In this document: positions 32,068 through 42,300 of the stretch, piece by piece
Layout: the number at the start of each line of letters is the position of its first letter
Numbering within the stretch: the stretch's first letter is position 1
IMG/VR virus record: IMGVR_UViG_3300044620_001243
Length of the DNA: 64,000 bases
From: a virus
Reading direction: 5' to 3' (one strand)
The notes under the pieces: model-generated
Told to the model about the DNA's origin: nothing
What the model saw: the letters and a program-made list of their open reading frames with translations, nothing else
The model's database searches: none
Position numbers and translations under genes: made by a program

Positions 32068-33363
32068 ATGTCTAAATACAAACCCATAGGGATTACACCC
32101 AAAGAAAAAGCAGACCAGTTGTTAGAATCTGTTATGTTTAGTCTAAATAAACAATTTGACCCAAACACAGGTGAATATCAACCAATCCCAACCAACCCGC
32201 ATTATAAAGAATGCGCATTAGCAATTGTAAACGAAATCTTTGAGTTTATTAAAAAAGATGATTTAGATTCCGAAACGGCGTATTGGGCAAATCATCCTAT
32301 TTCTAATTTTTGGGTTGAAGTTGAACGTGAAATTAAAAAACAAATGAATTTGATTCAAATTTTAGAGAATTATTTTCAAAAAGGTTGGTTGATTAAACAA
32401 ACTCACCCAACTTTACCTCTGACAATTTGGAATTATTCCCAAACAACCCAATACGAGGGTAGGTGGGATGAAATAACCCTCATGTGTAGAGGTTTGGTTA
32501 CAGATGATGATGGAAATATTGTTGCCAGACCTTTCAAGAAGTTTTTCAATTTAGAAGAGGGAAAACACACACCAACCTCAGAATTCGAAGTATATGAAAA
32601 GATGGATGGTTCTTTGGGTATTTTCTTTTATTATCAGGAGCAACCCGTTTTTGCATCCAGAGGTTCTTTCACTTCCGACCAAGCCATCAAAGGAAGAACT
32701 CTTTTAGATAAGTATAATTGGCAAGGTGGAACTTACCCTGGCTACACTTACCTATTTGAGATTCTTTACCCGGAAAATCGGATAGTAGTAAATTACGGTG
32801 ATTTAGAAGAACTGGTTGTTTTGGGTGTGCTCAATACCCAAACTGGAGAAGAGTGTGATTTTTCAGAAATGAAAAACGAAGGATTCGTTCTAGTTAAAAA
32901 ATACGATGGAGTTAAAGACTATACCAAATTAAAGAGTATGATTTTTAACAATCAAGAAGGGTTTGTTGTAAAGTTTTCAAACGGAAATAGGGTAAAAATC
33001 AAAGGAGAAGAATACTTGCGTCTTCATAAGATTATGACTGAAGTTTCGACTAAATCTGTTTGGGAGATTTTATCCAATGGTGATAATATGGAAGAGATAC
33101 TCAGAGATGTTCCTGATGAATTTTTTGATAAGGTCAAGGAATATGAAACAGAACTTGTTTCTAAATTTGATGATATAAAGAATGAATACACTTGGATTTA
33201 TAAAGTTTTAGAAAGAAACGAGGAAATTTCAGAAAATAGAGCTATCTTTGCCCAATACGCTAAAAGATACAAACACCCATCCATTTTATTTGGTCTATTG
33301 GACGGTAAAAATATAGACCCTATGATTTGGAAAATAATACAACCCGAATATAAAAAACTATGA
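32068..33363 (+). CDS. ATP-dependent RNA ligase (nucleotidyltransferase motif I KxDGS)
   Basis: EVYEKMDGSLGIFF is the ligase adenylation motif I. Its size and its position next to the phosphatase and kinase genes suggest a T4 RnlA-like tRNA repair ligase. Confidence 0.55.
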   Translation: MSKYKPIGITPKEKADQLLESVMFSLNKQFDPNTGEYQPIPTNPHYKECALAIVNEIFEFIKKDDLDSETAYWANHPISNFWVEVEREIKKQMNLIQILENYFQKGWLIKQTHPTLPLTIWNYSQTTQYEGRWDEITLMCRGLVTDDDGNIVARPFKKFFNLEEGKHTPTSEFEVYEKMDGSLGIFFYYQEQPVFASRGSFTSDQAIKGRTLLDKYNWQGGTYPGYTYLFEILYPENRIVVNYGDLEELVVLGVLNTQTGEECDFSEMKNEGFVLVKKYDGVKDYTKLKSMIFNNQEGFVVKFSNGNRVKIKGEEYLRLHKIMTEVSTKSVWEILSNGDNMEEILRDVPDEFFDKVKEYETELVSKFDDIKNEYTWIYKVLERNEEISENRAIFAQYAKRYKHPSILFGLLDGKNIDPMIWKIIQPEYKKL

Positions 33364-33773
33364 AATACTCAATTTACTTAGATGATGTGAGGACACCCAT
33401 TCCGGGTAATATAGACTGGATTGTTGTCAGAAGCTACGACGAGTTTGTGAGTAAAGTCACCCAAATCGGTCTTGACAACATAGACCTTATTTCCCTCGAC
33501 CATGACCTTGGCGACTCTGCTATGAAGGAGTGGCACACAAATGTCTATCACAACTACACGCTGGATTACAACAACATTACAGAAAAAACAGGTATGGACT
33601 GTGCAAAATGGTTGGTTAATCAGTGGCTGGACGGTGCTCCCGTGGTGAAAGTTATGGTTCATTCTGCAAACGCTATCGGCTCGGCTAATATGATGGGTTA
33701 CATCAACAATTACAAGCATGTGCATAGAATGATACAAGATTGCCAAAGGTGGGTAGTTCCACACACGGTTTGA
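33360..33773 (+). CDS. hypothetical protein (GC-richer, possibly receiver-like fold)
   Basis: 137-aa ORF whose GC content is noticeably higher than the surrounding sequence. Confidence 0.35.
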   Translation: MKYSIYLDDVRTPIPGNIDWIVVRSYDEFVSKVTQIGLDNIDLISLDHDLGDSAMKEWHTNVYHNYTLDYNNITEKTGMDCAKWLVNQWLDGAPVVKVMVHSANAIGSANMMGYINNYKHVHRMIQDCQRWVVPHTV

Positions 33774-33972
33774 TTTTTTGGGAATTTTTTTGTATGTTTG
33801 TGTAAAATGAAATGATGAAAAAATTGTTGTTCCTGATATGTTTTTTCACAATCTCCTGCAATAATGAACGTCCGTGGCGAGTCATTGAGGTGAGACAAAA
33901 AAGTGAAATGTGTGAGTACGTTCTGAGCCGCAGTAACGGACTAGGTCCACAGTTAAAAGAAGTAATCGACAC

Positions 33973-34452
33973 TTGTGGAAAATACCAATGGAATCAAGTA
34001 ATTCAAAACAAAGACCTATGAAACAATACTTAGAGTGGCTTGAAAAACAAATTGACTTTTATTTAGAGGATAAAACGATGCAAAGAGAACATTGGGCTTT
34101 TTGTAAGGCATACGAGAAGTTCAAAAGCCTTGAAACGACCGCTGAATCAGAAGAACTCACACCCTACATTGAATACTACTCCAACGGAAATGTATCTATT
34201 AAAGGACAATTGAACTCCAAAGGACAAGAAGAAGGTCTTTGGGAGTGGTTCTATCCAAACGGAAACATCGAATGGAGAACCCCATACAAGGAGGGTAAGA
34301 TGGATGGAATTGAGGAGCGGTTTGATAAACAAGGAAACATCAAATGGAGAATCCCATACAAAGAGGGAAGGAGGATGGGATTGAGGAGGAATTTGATGAA
34401 CGAGGAAACATCACCGAAACCCATATTTGGAAAGATGGAGAACTAATTGAAT
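33973..34452 (+). CDS. YwqK/MORN-variant repeat protein (3' frameshift)
   Basis: Repeats YxNGNIEWRTPYKEGKxDGIEE. The reading frame breaks near 34367 relative to the paralogs (gagggaagg versus gagggtaagg). The other frame continues …KEGKEDGIEEEFDERGNITETHIWKDGELIE*. Confidence 0.45.
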
Positions 34453-34719
34453 AAACTAAACACTAAACCTATGAAAGACGGACAAACAATCGGCCAATGG
34501 CTGAACTGGGACTTTGAGGACAATGGTAACCTTAATGTTAAAGACAAGAATGGCAATCTCATCTACCAAGAATCTCCAAGTGGCTTTTGGGATAGGCGCG
34601 AATTTAATTCGAATGGCTTTGTCATCTACTATGAAAATTCAGATGGTGTCATTACTGACAACCGCACTCCCGAAATCATCGAACACAACGGACGCAAATA
34701 CCAATTAATTCCTAACTAA
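34447..34719 (+). CDS. hypothetical protein
   Basis: 90-aa ORF. Confidence 0.3.
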   Translation: MNKLNTKPMKDGQTIGQWLNWDFEDNGNLNVKDKNGNLIYQESPSGFWDRREFNSNGFVIYYENSDGVITDNRTPEIIEHNGRKYQLIPN

Positions 34720-34725
34720 AACAAA

Positions 34726-35382
34726 ATGAAACTAATTTTAGAAAAAGACCAAAGATTATTTTTTACTAGTGATACCCACTACAATCACTCTAATATTTGT
34801 AGGGCAACTACAAAATGGGAGGACAGTTATGATGCCACTCGTGATTTTAAATCTTTAAGTCACATGAACGACAGTATTGTTCAGAATATTAATGATTTGG
34901 TAAAAGAAAATGATGTTTTAATCCACATGGGAGATTGGTCATGGGGTGGATTTGAATATATTGAAGAATTTCGAAAAAGGATTGTTTGTAAAAACGTTCA
35001 CTTAGTTTTTGGAAACCATGATGAACATATTAAAAAAAATACAGAAAACATTCAAGATATATTCACATCAACTCATGATTATTTACATTTGGATGTTAGA
35101 CAACCTTCCTCAACCAACAAAGGGTCAGTAAATAAGTTTGAATTTATTTGTATGCACTATCCTATTGCTAGTTGGGATGGTTTGTACCACGGTACAATTC
35201 ATTTACATGGTCACACACATCTAACTCCTAACTCTAGAATTTCACAAGGAAAAGCAATGGATGTTGGTGTAGATGGTAACGAGTATAAACCTTTACTTAT
35301 GCAAGAGATTATTGTTATCATGGGAAATAGAGAAATAAATCACCTTTGTTTACCAAAAGACCGTAACGAAAAAAGAATTTGA
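34726..35382 (+). CDS. metallophosphatase (polynucleotide 3'-phosphatase-like)
   Basis: Calcineurin-like motifs (DTHYNH, GDWSWGG, GNHDEH, GHTH). It is adjacent to and overlaps the kinase gene. Confidence 0.55.
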   Translation: MKLILEKDQRLFFTSDTHYNHSNICRATTKWEDSYDATRDFKSLSHMNDSIVQNINDLVKENDVLIHMGDWSWGGFEYIEEFRKRIVCKNVHLVFGNHDEHIKKNTENIQDIFTSTHDYLHLDVRQPSSTNKGSVNKFEFICMHYPIASWDGLYHGTIHLHGHTHLTPNSRISQGKAMDVGVDGNEYKPLLMQEIIVIMGNREINHLCLPKDRNEKRI

Positions 35383-35783
35383 AAATTATGAAAAATCTAA
35401 TATTATTAAGGGGTTTACCTGGTTCGGGAAAATCGACAGTCGCAAAAATGTTGGTCAACAAAGACTACTGTCATAAAGAAGCAGATATGTTTTTCGTCGA
35501 CAGAGAAGGCAACTATAAGTTCGAGCCGTCGAAAATCAAAGACGCACACGCTTGGTGCCAAGAAGAAGTTGAGTTCTTGTTGAGACTCGAACACACGCCG
35601 GTGGTTGTTTCCAACACATTCACACAAGAATGGGAGATGGAAGCTTATTATAAGTTGGCCAAAGATTACGGTTACACAGTTTTCTCATTGATTGTTGAAA
35701 ACCGACACGGCGGAAGGAATATTCACGGTGTTCCTGATGATAAGTTAGAAATTATGAAAAACAGATTTGAAATAAAATTATGA
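35379..35783 (+). CDS. P-loop polynucleotide kinase-like protein
   Basis: Walker A LRGLPGSGKST. 134 aa. ATGA overlap with the phosphatase gene. Confidence 0.55.
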   Translation: MKIMKNLILLRGLPGSGKSTVAKMLVNKDYCHKEADMFFVDREGNYKFEPSKIKDAHAWCQEEVEFLLRLEHTPVVVSNTFTQEWEMEAYYKLAKDYGYTVFSLIVENRHGGRNIHGVPDDKLEIMKNRFEIKL

Positions 35784-37006
35784 AAGAAAAACAAATTGAT
35801 AAGTTATACCTAGACAGATTCATCGATTCGATGGAGAATGATTATGAAAATTGGAAAATGGACCATTACGCCGGACCAGGGATGTCATGGGCAGAATTTC
35901 ATAGTCCAACTTATGAAAAAGAAAATGGAGGAAGGTTATCTTTTGGTTGGAGTTCAAATCATATTGGTGCCTGGGTGAACGGTCATTTTTCTTGGAAAAT
36001 ACCGTTTGCTGTTTTGAATCCATTCAATCCTATTTTTTGGAAATTCAGAAGGGCCGAAAAAAGAATGAAAAATTATTTGAGAAGTAAAGAAAAAGAGTTA
36101 TATTTGGATAATTTAAAAAACGTATTGTAATGATTAAACTATATTATATAATACTCAAAGATAAAATCCGGTCTTGGAAAAACTTTATCAAAAATATTTG
36201 GTTATTTAGAAAGGAGCTTACTGATTTTCATTGGTGGGATTATAGTGGTCTAATTCAATTTATGAACACAGGCATTAATGAAATGGTTAATGGGATTGAG
36301 AATAAAGGTAGTGAGATTAAGTCCACTAAAATGAAAAAAGTGGACAAAATGAGGCGTGCTTGTGAGATTTTACAAAACCATATAGATGATAACTACACCA
36401 CAATGGCTGAAAACATTTTGGGTAAACTTTACGATTCTGAAATTAAATTTGTTCCTTTGGAAGATAGACCTGATTTATTTAGATATGAAGATGGTTTAAC
36501 TGAAGAACAAAGTGAACACAACTTAAAAGTTTTTTTAAAATCTCGTGAACTTGAAGTTAAGGAATGGGAAGAATTTTGTGAAATAATTAAAGGACAGGGA
36601 GATTTTTTCGAACAAGATAGTTGGGAGGAAGAGTTTGATGGTTCGGGACTTAAAAATTGGTGGAATTAAAATTTTCAAAGCATAAAAAATTATGAAAATA
36701 GAAATAAACAAAACATATTTAACAAAGCACGGTCGATTTGTGAAAATGGTATGTGAGCCTTGGTCCGGAGTATTTAACGGTGAATATGAAGAAGATGGAA
36801 GAGGGGGGGATATGGTTCCCAGATATAAAGAAGATGGAAAAGCGTGGAATGTTTTTTTTACCATGGGGGGTGTTTATTTTCCCGAACACGACATCATAAT
36901 GGAAGATAGTGCTGAAGCAAGAAAACTTGCTCAAGAAATGAAGTTAGAAAGAAAGAGGAAAGCATACGAAGAAACTAATTAAGTATTAATTTTTAATCGA
37001 AAAAAT

Positions 37007-38032
37007 ATGAAAAAACTAGAATTAACAAAAGACGAATTGGAAAAACTTTATTATCTCCCCCCAAAGGATGTTGAGAAAGAAACAGAATTCCAAATAACCT
37101 ATCGAATGGGTAGAAACTCATTAGTGTTGGAGTTGATAAAAAAGATAGATGAGGAACTCACACCCTACATTGAATACCACGACAACGGAAATGTGTGGAT
37201 TAAAGGACAAGAGAACTCCGTAGGACAACGAGAAGGCATTTGGGAGTATTTCTGGGTGAACGGAAACATCGAAAGGAGAATCCCTTTTAAAGAGGGTAAG
37301 GTGGACGGTATTCAGGAGGTTTTCTATCCAAACGGGAACATCGATTTTAGAACCCCATTCAAAGATGGTAATATGGATGGAATTCAGGAGTGGTTTGATG
37401 AACAAGGAAACATCACCAAAACCACTCTATGGAAAAATGGTGAAGTAATTGAAGAAACTGAACCCGAACTCACACCATACGTTGAATACCACGACAACGG
37501 AAATGTAGCGGTAAAAGGACAAAAGAACTCCGTAGGACAGGAAGAAGGTATTTGGGAGTTCTTCTATTCAAACGGAAATATCCAATATTCAAACGGAAAT
37601 ATCCAATGTAGAACCCCATACAAAGAGGGTAAGGCGGATGGTATTCAGGAGGTTTTCTATGAAAGCGGAAACATCCATTGGAGAACCCCATACAAAGAGG
37701 GTAAGAGGGATGGAATTGAGGAGTGGTTCTATGAAAACGGAAACATCGAATGGAGAACCCCATACAAGGAGGGTAAGATGGATGGAATTGAGGAGCGGTT
37801 TGATAAACAAGGAAACATCAAATGGAGAATCCCATACAAAGAGGGAAAACTGATTGAAGAAACTAAACCCAAACCACAACCTGACCCACAACTAATTGAT
37901 TTTATGGCAATGAGATACAGACATGACTTTGGGTTTTTGGATGAAAAACACAAAGAATCCATCAGAATAACAATGAAACAACTTTGGGAAGAAGTTGTTG
38001 GTCTTGGATTTTATAAACCAAAATCAAAATAA
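37007..38032 (+). CDS. YwqK/MORN-variant repeat protein
   Basis: At least eight repeats of NGNI(E/H)WRTPYKEGKxDGIxE. A 3' block is nucleotide-identical to 34141-34360. Confidence 0.6.
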   Translation: MKKLELTKDELEKLYYLPPKDVEKETEFQITYRMGRNSLVLELIKKIDEELTPYIEYHDNGNVWIKGQENSVGQREGIWEYFWVNGNIERRIPFKEGKVDGIQEVFYPNGNIDFRTPFKDGNMDGIQEWFDEQGNITKTTLWKNGEVIEETEPELTPYVEYHDNGNVAVKGQKNSVGQEEGIWEFFYSNGNIQYSNGNIQCRTPYKEGKADGIQEVFYESGNIHWRTPYKEGKRDGIEEWFYENGNIEWRTPYKEGKMDGIEERFDKQGNIKWRIPYKEGKLIEETKPKPQPDPQLIDFMAMRYRHDFGFLDEKHKESIRITMKQLWEEVVGLGFYKPKSK

Positions 38033-38380
38033 TGAAATATGAATAAAATTAAATTTTACAGGGATTCTCATAGCATTTCCCGAGATATGTATGAACATAT
38101 TAATGACCCATCTTTGGTAGATGAATTAGATAAATGGGAATCGGTTCGATATAGAATGAGTGATGAAGGAATTGAATATTGTTTTAAACATTATTCTACT
38201 TTTAGTGAAATTGAAGATGAACAATTCCATTCAAAACGTGAAAAACTAATTGAACTGATGGTAGACATAGAAGAATATGTCCAAAATAAAATCACAGAAA
38301 TAAAAGACGAAATAACCAAACTAACAGAAGATGAATAAAATCGAAAAAGCAATTTACGACACAAAACTCCATATTGAAAA

Positions 38381-38418
38381 GTTGGAAAATCAAAATTTAC
38401 TTCGTATATTTACACCAT
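38381..38418 (+). promoter_or_regulatory. Bacteroidetes-type promoter (TTGG-N20-TATATTTA; extended TTCGTATATTTACACCAT)
   Basis: The -7 box TAnnTTTG-like at 38405-38412, 19-25 nt upstream of ATG 38431. Confidence 0.5.
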
Positions 38419-38670
38419 AATTAAATCTCTATGAAATACATTCTCCACAAAACACTCATACTTGTCATGTTTGCATTATTTTGCTCCGAAGTATTGAAAA
38501 TATGCTTCGGATTAATGAACCAACCATCCACACTTCAATTCCTAACGGGCGTTGCAGTACTGATGACAGGAATTTATGGTTCTTTTTACTTTGTAAAATG
38601 GCTTATCAATTACCCAACTTCAAAAACCAAAAATAACTCTCAAAATCAAAACAATTAAAAAACAAAAAAA

Positions 38671-39525
38671 ATGAATCAGAAAAACTTAATTATTCTCGGA
38701 GTTGCCGCCTTTATCTTAGGCCTCTTCTCTATGACCAGCTGTGAAATAATCGACGCTGGTCACGTTGGTGTTAAAGTCAATCTTTACGGCGACGGAAAAG
38801 GTATTGACGATGTGACCGAAGTCAATGGCAGGGTATTCTACAACCCCTTTACCACAAAAATTGTTGAATTTCCAACTTTTATCCAGCACAAAGAATACAA
38901 ACACAACGGAGAAGACAATCCCGATGAATCTTTTGTGGTCAACTCAAAAGATGGGTCAGAGTTTCATGTATCTCCATTATTGAACTATTCAGTCAAGAGG
39001 GAAAGAGTTCCTTATATTTTCGGTAAGTACCGAGTTACTCTGGATGAAATCGAATCTGGTTTCTTAAAAACAGCAGTCTATGATGCCTTTCGTGTTGTCG
39101 CAAATTCATACACCGCAGATGAATTGATTTCAAATCGTGAACAGTTCGAAGTAAAGGTTCGTAAGGTTTTGGTAACCCATCTCTTACCCGAAGGATTCAT
39201 ACTAGCACAATTTACATCTAATCTTGTCTATCCCGAAACATTCAAGAAAGCCATTGAAGCTAAGAACAATGCGGTTCAATCAGCACTCACCGCAGAGAAC
39301 AGAGTAAAACAAGCGGAGGCCGAGGCAAAAATCAAAATTGCACAAGCCGAAGGTAATGCTCAAGCAATGCTGACTTCGGCCAAGGCAGAAGCGGAGTCAA
39401 ACAGGATGAAACAACAAACCATTACACCTATGCTTCTACAACTTGAGTACATCAAGAAATGGAACGGAGTTGAACCCACAACACAATTGTGTTCAGGGTC
39501 AAATATGATGTATAACATAAAATAG
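38671..39525 (+). CDS. SPFH/band-7 (prohibitin-like) lipoprotein
   Basis: Lipoprotein signal (…FSMTSC), a band-7 core and an Ala/Glu-rich coiled-coil C-terminus. Confidence 0.7.
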   Translation: MNQKNLIILGVAAFILGLFSMTSCEIIDAGHVGVKVNLYGDGKGIDDVTEVNGRVFYNPFTTKIVEFPTFIQHKEYKHNGEDNPDESFVVNSKDGSEFHVSPLLNYSVKRERVPYIFGKYRVTLDEIESGFLKTAVYDAFRVVANSYTADELISNREQFEVKVRKVLVTHLLPEGFILAQFTSNLVYPETFKKAIEAKNNAVQSALTAENRVKQAEAEAKIKIAQAEGNAQAMLTSAKAEAESNRMKQQTITPMLLQLEYIKKWNGVEPTTQLCSGSNMMYNIK

Positions 39526-39550
39526 AAATTAAAAGAGAAATGTTTAAAGA

Positions 39551-39577
39551 GGGAAGAATTGTCTTCCCTTTTTTTTG
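39551..39577 (+). terminator. rho-independent terminator
   Basis: GGGAAGA-ATTG-TCTTCCC hairpin followed by T9. Confidence 0.8.
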
Positions 39578-39613
39578 TTTGGTATTTTAAAATTTATTTC
39601 GTATATTTACACT
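39578..39613 (+). promoter_or_regulatory. Bacteroidetes-type promoter (TTTG-N20-TATATTTA; extended TTCGTATATTTACACTAT)
   Basis: Sits just after the terminator and just before ATG 39614. Confidence 0.5.
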
Positions 39614-40333
39614 ATGAAAACCGTATTCATCGGCGATATTCACGGACGTTCCATTTGGAAAGAAATTGTAGAACAGGAAAAACCTGATAGGGTTATTTTT
39701 GTCGGAGACTATTTCGACTCACTTGATATTCCAGGTATTGACCAAATTCATAATTTTAAAGAAATCATTCACCACAAAAAAACAAGTGGAATTGAGGTTG
39801 TACTGTTGGTAGGTAATCACGATTATCATTATATGGATATGGGTGAAACTTACAGTGGATTTCAACCTGCTCTAAAATTTGATATTGGGCAGTTACTCAA
39901 AGAAAATATGGAACATTTACAAATGGCACATTCATTTGATAATTTCCTTTGCACCCACGCTGGTGTATCTTCGGTGTTTATGAATGATAATTTTAGAGAT
40001 AGTTGGGATTGCGATAATTTAGTTGAAAAACTGAATGAAACATTTAAATATTCTCCATTCATTTTTAAGTTCAATGGTTTTAATCCATATGGGGATAATG
40101 AAACACAATCACCTATTTGGATTAGGTTGAATTCATTGAGAAGTTCAAATAACAAACGAGGTAAAGATGGAATTAAAAAGCAATTTATTCAAGTGTTTGG
40201 ACACACCCAAGTTAAAGAAATTGATTTGGTTGGAATGGCGAAATTTTTAGGTGGTAGATATATTATGATTGATGCTTTACCATCCCGTCAATACCTAATT
40301 TACAATGGAGAAATTAAAGTAGGAAAAGTGTAA
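39614..40333 (+). CDS. Ser/Thr protein phosphatase-family metallophosphoesterase
   Basis: VFIGDIHGR, FVGDYFD and GNHD. Start moved to the ATG at 39614, downstream of the promoter box. Confidence 0.7.
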   Translation: MKTVFIGDIHGRSIWKEIVEQEKPDRVIFVGDYFDSLDIPGIDQIHNFKEIIHHKKTSGIEVVLLVGNHDYHYMDMGETYSGFQPALKFDIGQLLKENMEHLQMAHSFDNFLCTHAGVSSVFMNDNFRDSWDCDNLVEKLNETFKYSPFIFKFNGFNPYGDNETQSPIWIRLNSLRSSNNKRGKDGIKKQFIQVFGHTQVKEIDLVGMAKFLGGRYIMIDALPSRQYLIYNGEIKVGKV

Positions 40334-41393
40334 GAAAATGAAAGATTTGATATACGTTAAAGACCCAAAACTAAGTGCCATACCGATTACAAAATTAATG
40401 AAATTAGTTTACGAGTTTATCCCAATAGAACAAAGAGAAGAATTTTTATCTGAATATAAAAAATTATATATGGAATCGTTACAAGACTTACAAAAATCAT
40501 ATGAATATGGACTTAATGAAAAAATACATAACGAATAAAAAAATAGTTATTATTGTTTCAGTAATAATTCTTCAAATACTCTTCGGTTTTGACCCCAAAT
40601 TCACATTTATAAATCTCATCTGGTTACTTTTTTAATATGAACAACAAATTAATATCCACATCAAATTATCTCTATTTGGTAGACGATTCAATAATAAACA
40701 ATGGTGATTATGTTTTTAACATTGAGGCTAAAATTGTGTGTGATTATAATTCTGATTTTAATGTAAACAAATCTTCTCTAAAAAAGATAATCGCCCATTT
40801 ACCATTGAAAGAAGATTCGTTTTATTTAAAAAAATTAAAATTACTTCCAAAATTAGATATGAACCTAATGCCAAATAAATTTATCTGTGAAACAGATTCA
40901 TCAGGTAAACCAGTAATTAAGGTTGACGAAAAAAATAGACCTATTTTGGTTGGAAAATACGAATATTGATGAAAAATTTATTATACGGCATTTTCTTAAT
41001 GGTTATTGCACAAATTTTAACTTTTTATCAAATACAAGGTCCACTTAAAATTGCGTTTTTTAAAAACAATTATTGGTTTGCCATTTTGATGGGTATTCCT
41101 TTATCGATTTTATATGTGGAGTCAGTTAAACAAATTGTAACATATTATGATGGTTTAGTGTGGCCAGGTAGATTAATTGGTTTTGGTGTTGGTGTGATTG
41201 TCTTTGGGATTTTTTCCTATTATGTGTTTAATGAAACATTAACCACAAAAACATTATTGTGTCTTTTACTGTCTTTAGGGATTATAGCTATTCAACTTTT
41301 TTGGAAATGATAGAATATTCAGATGTGATTGTCGATTTACATATGATATATAATTTATTTAATGAAAAATTTGGTTTTTTGAATTTTATTGCG

Positions 41394-41401
41394 TATATTT
41401 G
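41394..41401 (+). promoter_or_regulatory. -7 box TATATTTG
   Basis: 19 nt upstream of the lipoprotein minigene ATG. Confidence 0.4.
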
Positions 41402-41420
41402 AATCATAAAAAAAACACTT

Positions 41421-41579
41421 ATGAAAAACCTATTTATGTTTTTGGTTCTTTGTGGTCTAACAATGACCTCATGTTCCAATGGTGGTGAAAACTCGAGCGA
41501 GACTCCTGTTGAGGTACCACAAGATTCAGTATCCGTCGATACCGTCCCAGCGTATACGGATACTGTTCGTCCACTTTAA
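41421..41579 (+). CDS. small lipoprotein minigene (52 aa)
   Basis: MKNLFMFLVLCGLTMTSC… lipobox. Not in the ORF track because it is shorter than 60 aa. Preceded by a TATATTTG box. Confidence 0.35.
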   Translation: MKNLFMFLVLCGLTMTSCSNGGENSSETPVEVPQDSVSVDTVPAYTDTVRPL

Positions 41580-41587
41580 GTGGAATA

Positions 41588-41725
41588 GTCAGATGGCGAA
41601 ATGTAGCCGCTATTTGGGTAAAACAGTTTAACACGAGACGCGAACCTCACACAAAGCCTGATAATAACCAAATGAAAGTGCGAAGTACAGTAACACTTAT
41701 ACGGGTTCGACTCCCGTTCTGACTG
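41588..41725 (+). tRNA. diverged tRNA-like unit (acceptor AGTCAGA/TCTGACT, T-arm ACGGGTTCGACTCCCGT; non-canonical core)
   Basis: Same architecture as the 44.8-48.2 kb family but diverged in sequence. No canonical anticodon arm was found. Confidence 0.4.
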
Positions 41726-42300
41726 CGAGCCAGAGATATGGTAGTAATCGCACTGGTATATGAAGTAATTCAAATGTTGAATCCTAAGAATCTCAATCTT
41801 ACAACTATGGGTGGCTTAATTGTTGGTTCTACTCCTGAAATTACAGAGGAAATTGTCCTGAGAAAACAAGAGTACTCTGTAATCAGGTTAAATTTAAAAC
41901 AAAAATCATGATACAAATAATTTCAGTTTTATTGATTTACGTTCTTATCTACTTAATAGTTTCCGCTTGGATTAAGTTCTCAAATGAAAACACAATTAAA
42001 AACCTTTACAAAAAATAAAAATATGAAACAAAACAGTCACCTAATTCTTGCAATTAGTTTATTTTTACTTGGAATTTTAATTCAATGTGTATTACCACAG
42101 TTTACCGTTTTAGCGCATTTATCCTGTTTTATTTCGGGATGGTTTTTTGGTAACTATTTTTTCAATAAACAATATTCAGAATAAATTTAACAACAGGGAT
42201 GTATCCCCTCATGCTTATACCATGTAGAAAGGGTAATTGGTGACATATGAGTTCGAGTCTCATCTTCCCTACAATTCAAAAATCAAATTAAAAAAAAACC

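Noticed and set aside
37121-37962. Several minus-strand and alternative-frame ORFs inside the MORN-repeat genes (also 57498..58757)
   Set aside because: They are repeat-driven open frames. The + strand MORN/YwqK frames have clear repeat periodicity and paralog support.
42197-42275. Possible tRNA (GAGTTCGAGTCTC T-arm) at 42240-42280
   Set aside because: It has a canonical T-loop and hairpin, but I could not pair the acceptor strands (at least two mismatches) or find D and anticodon arms. It is probably a degenerate fragment.
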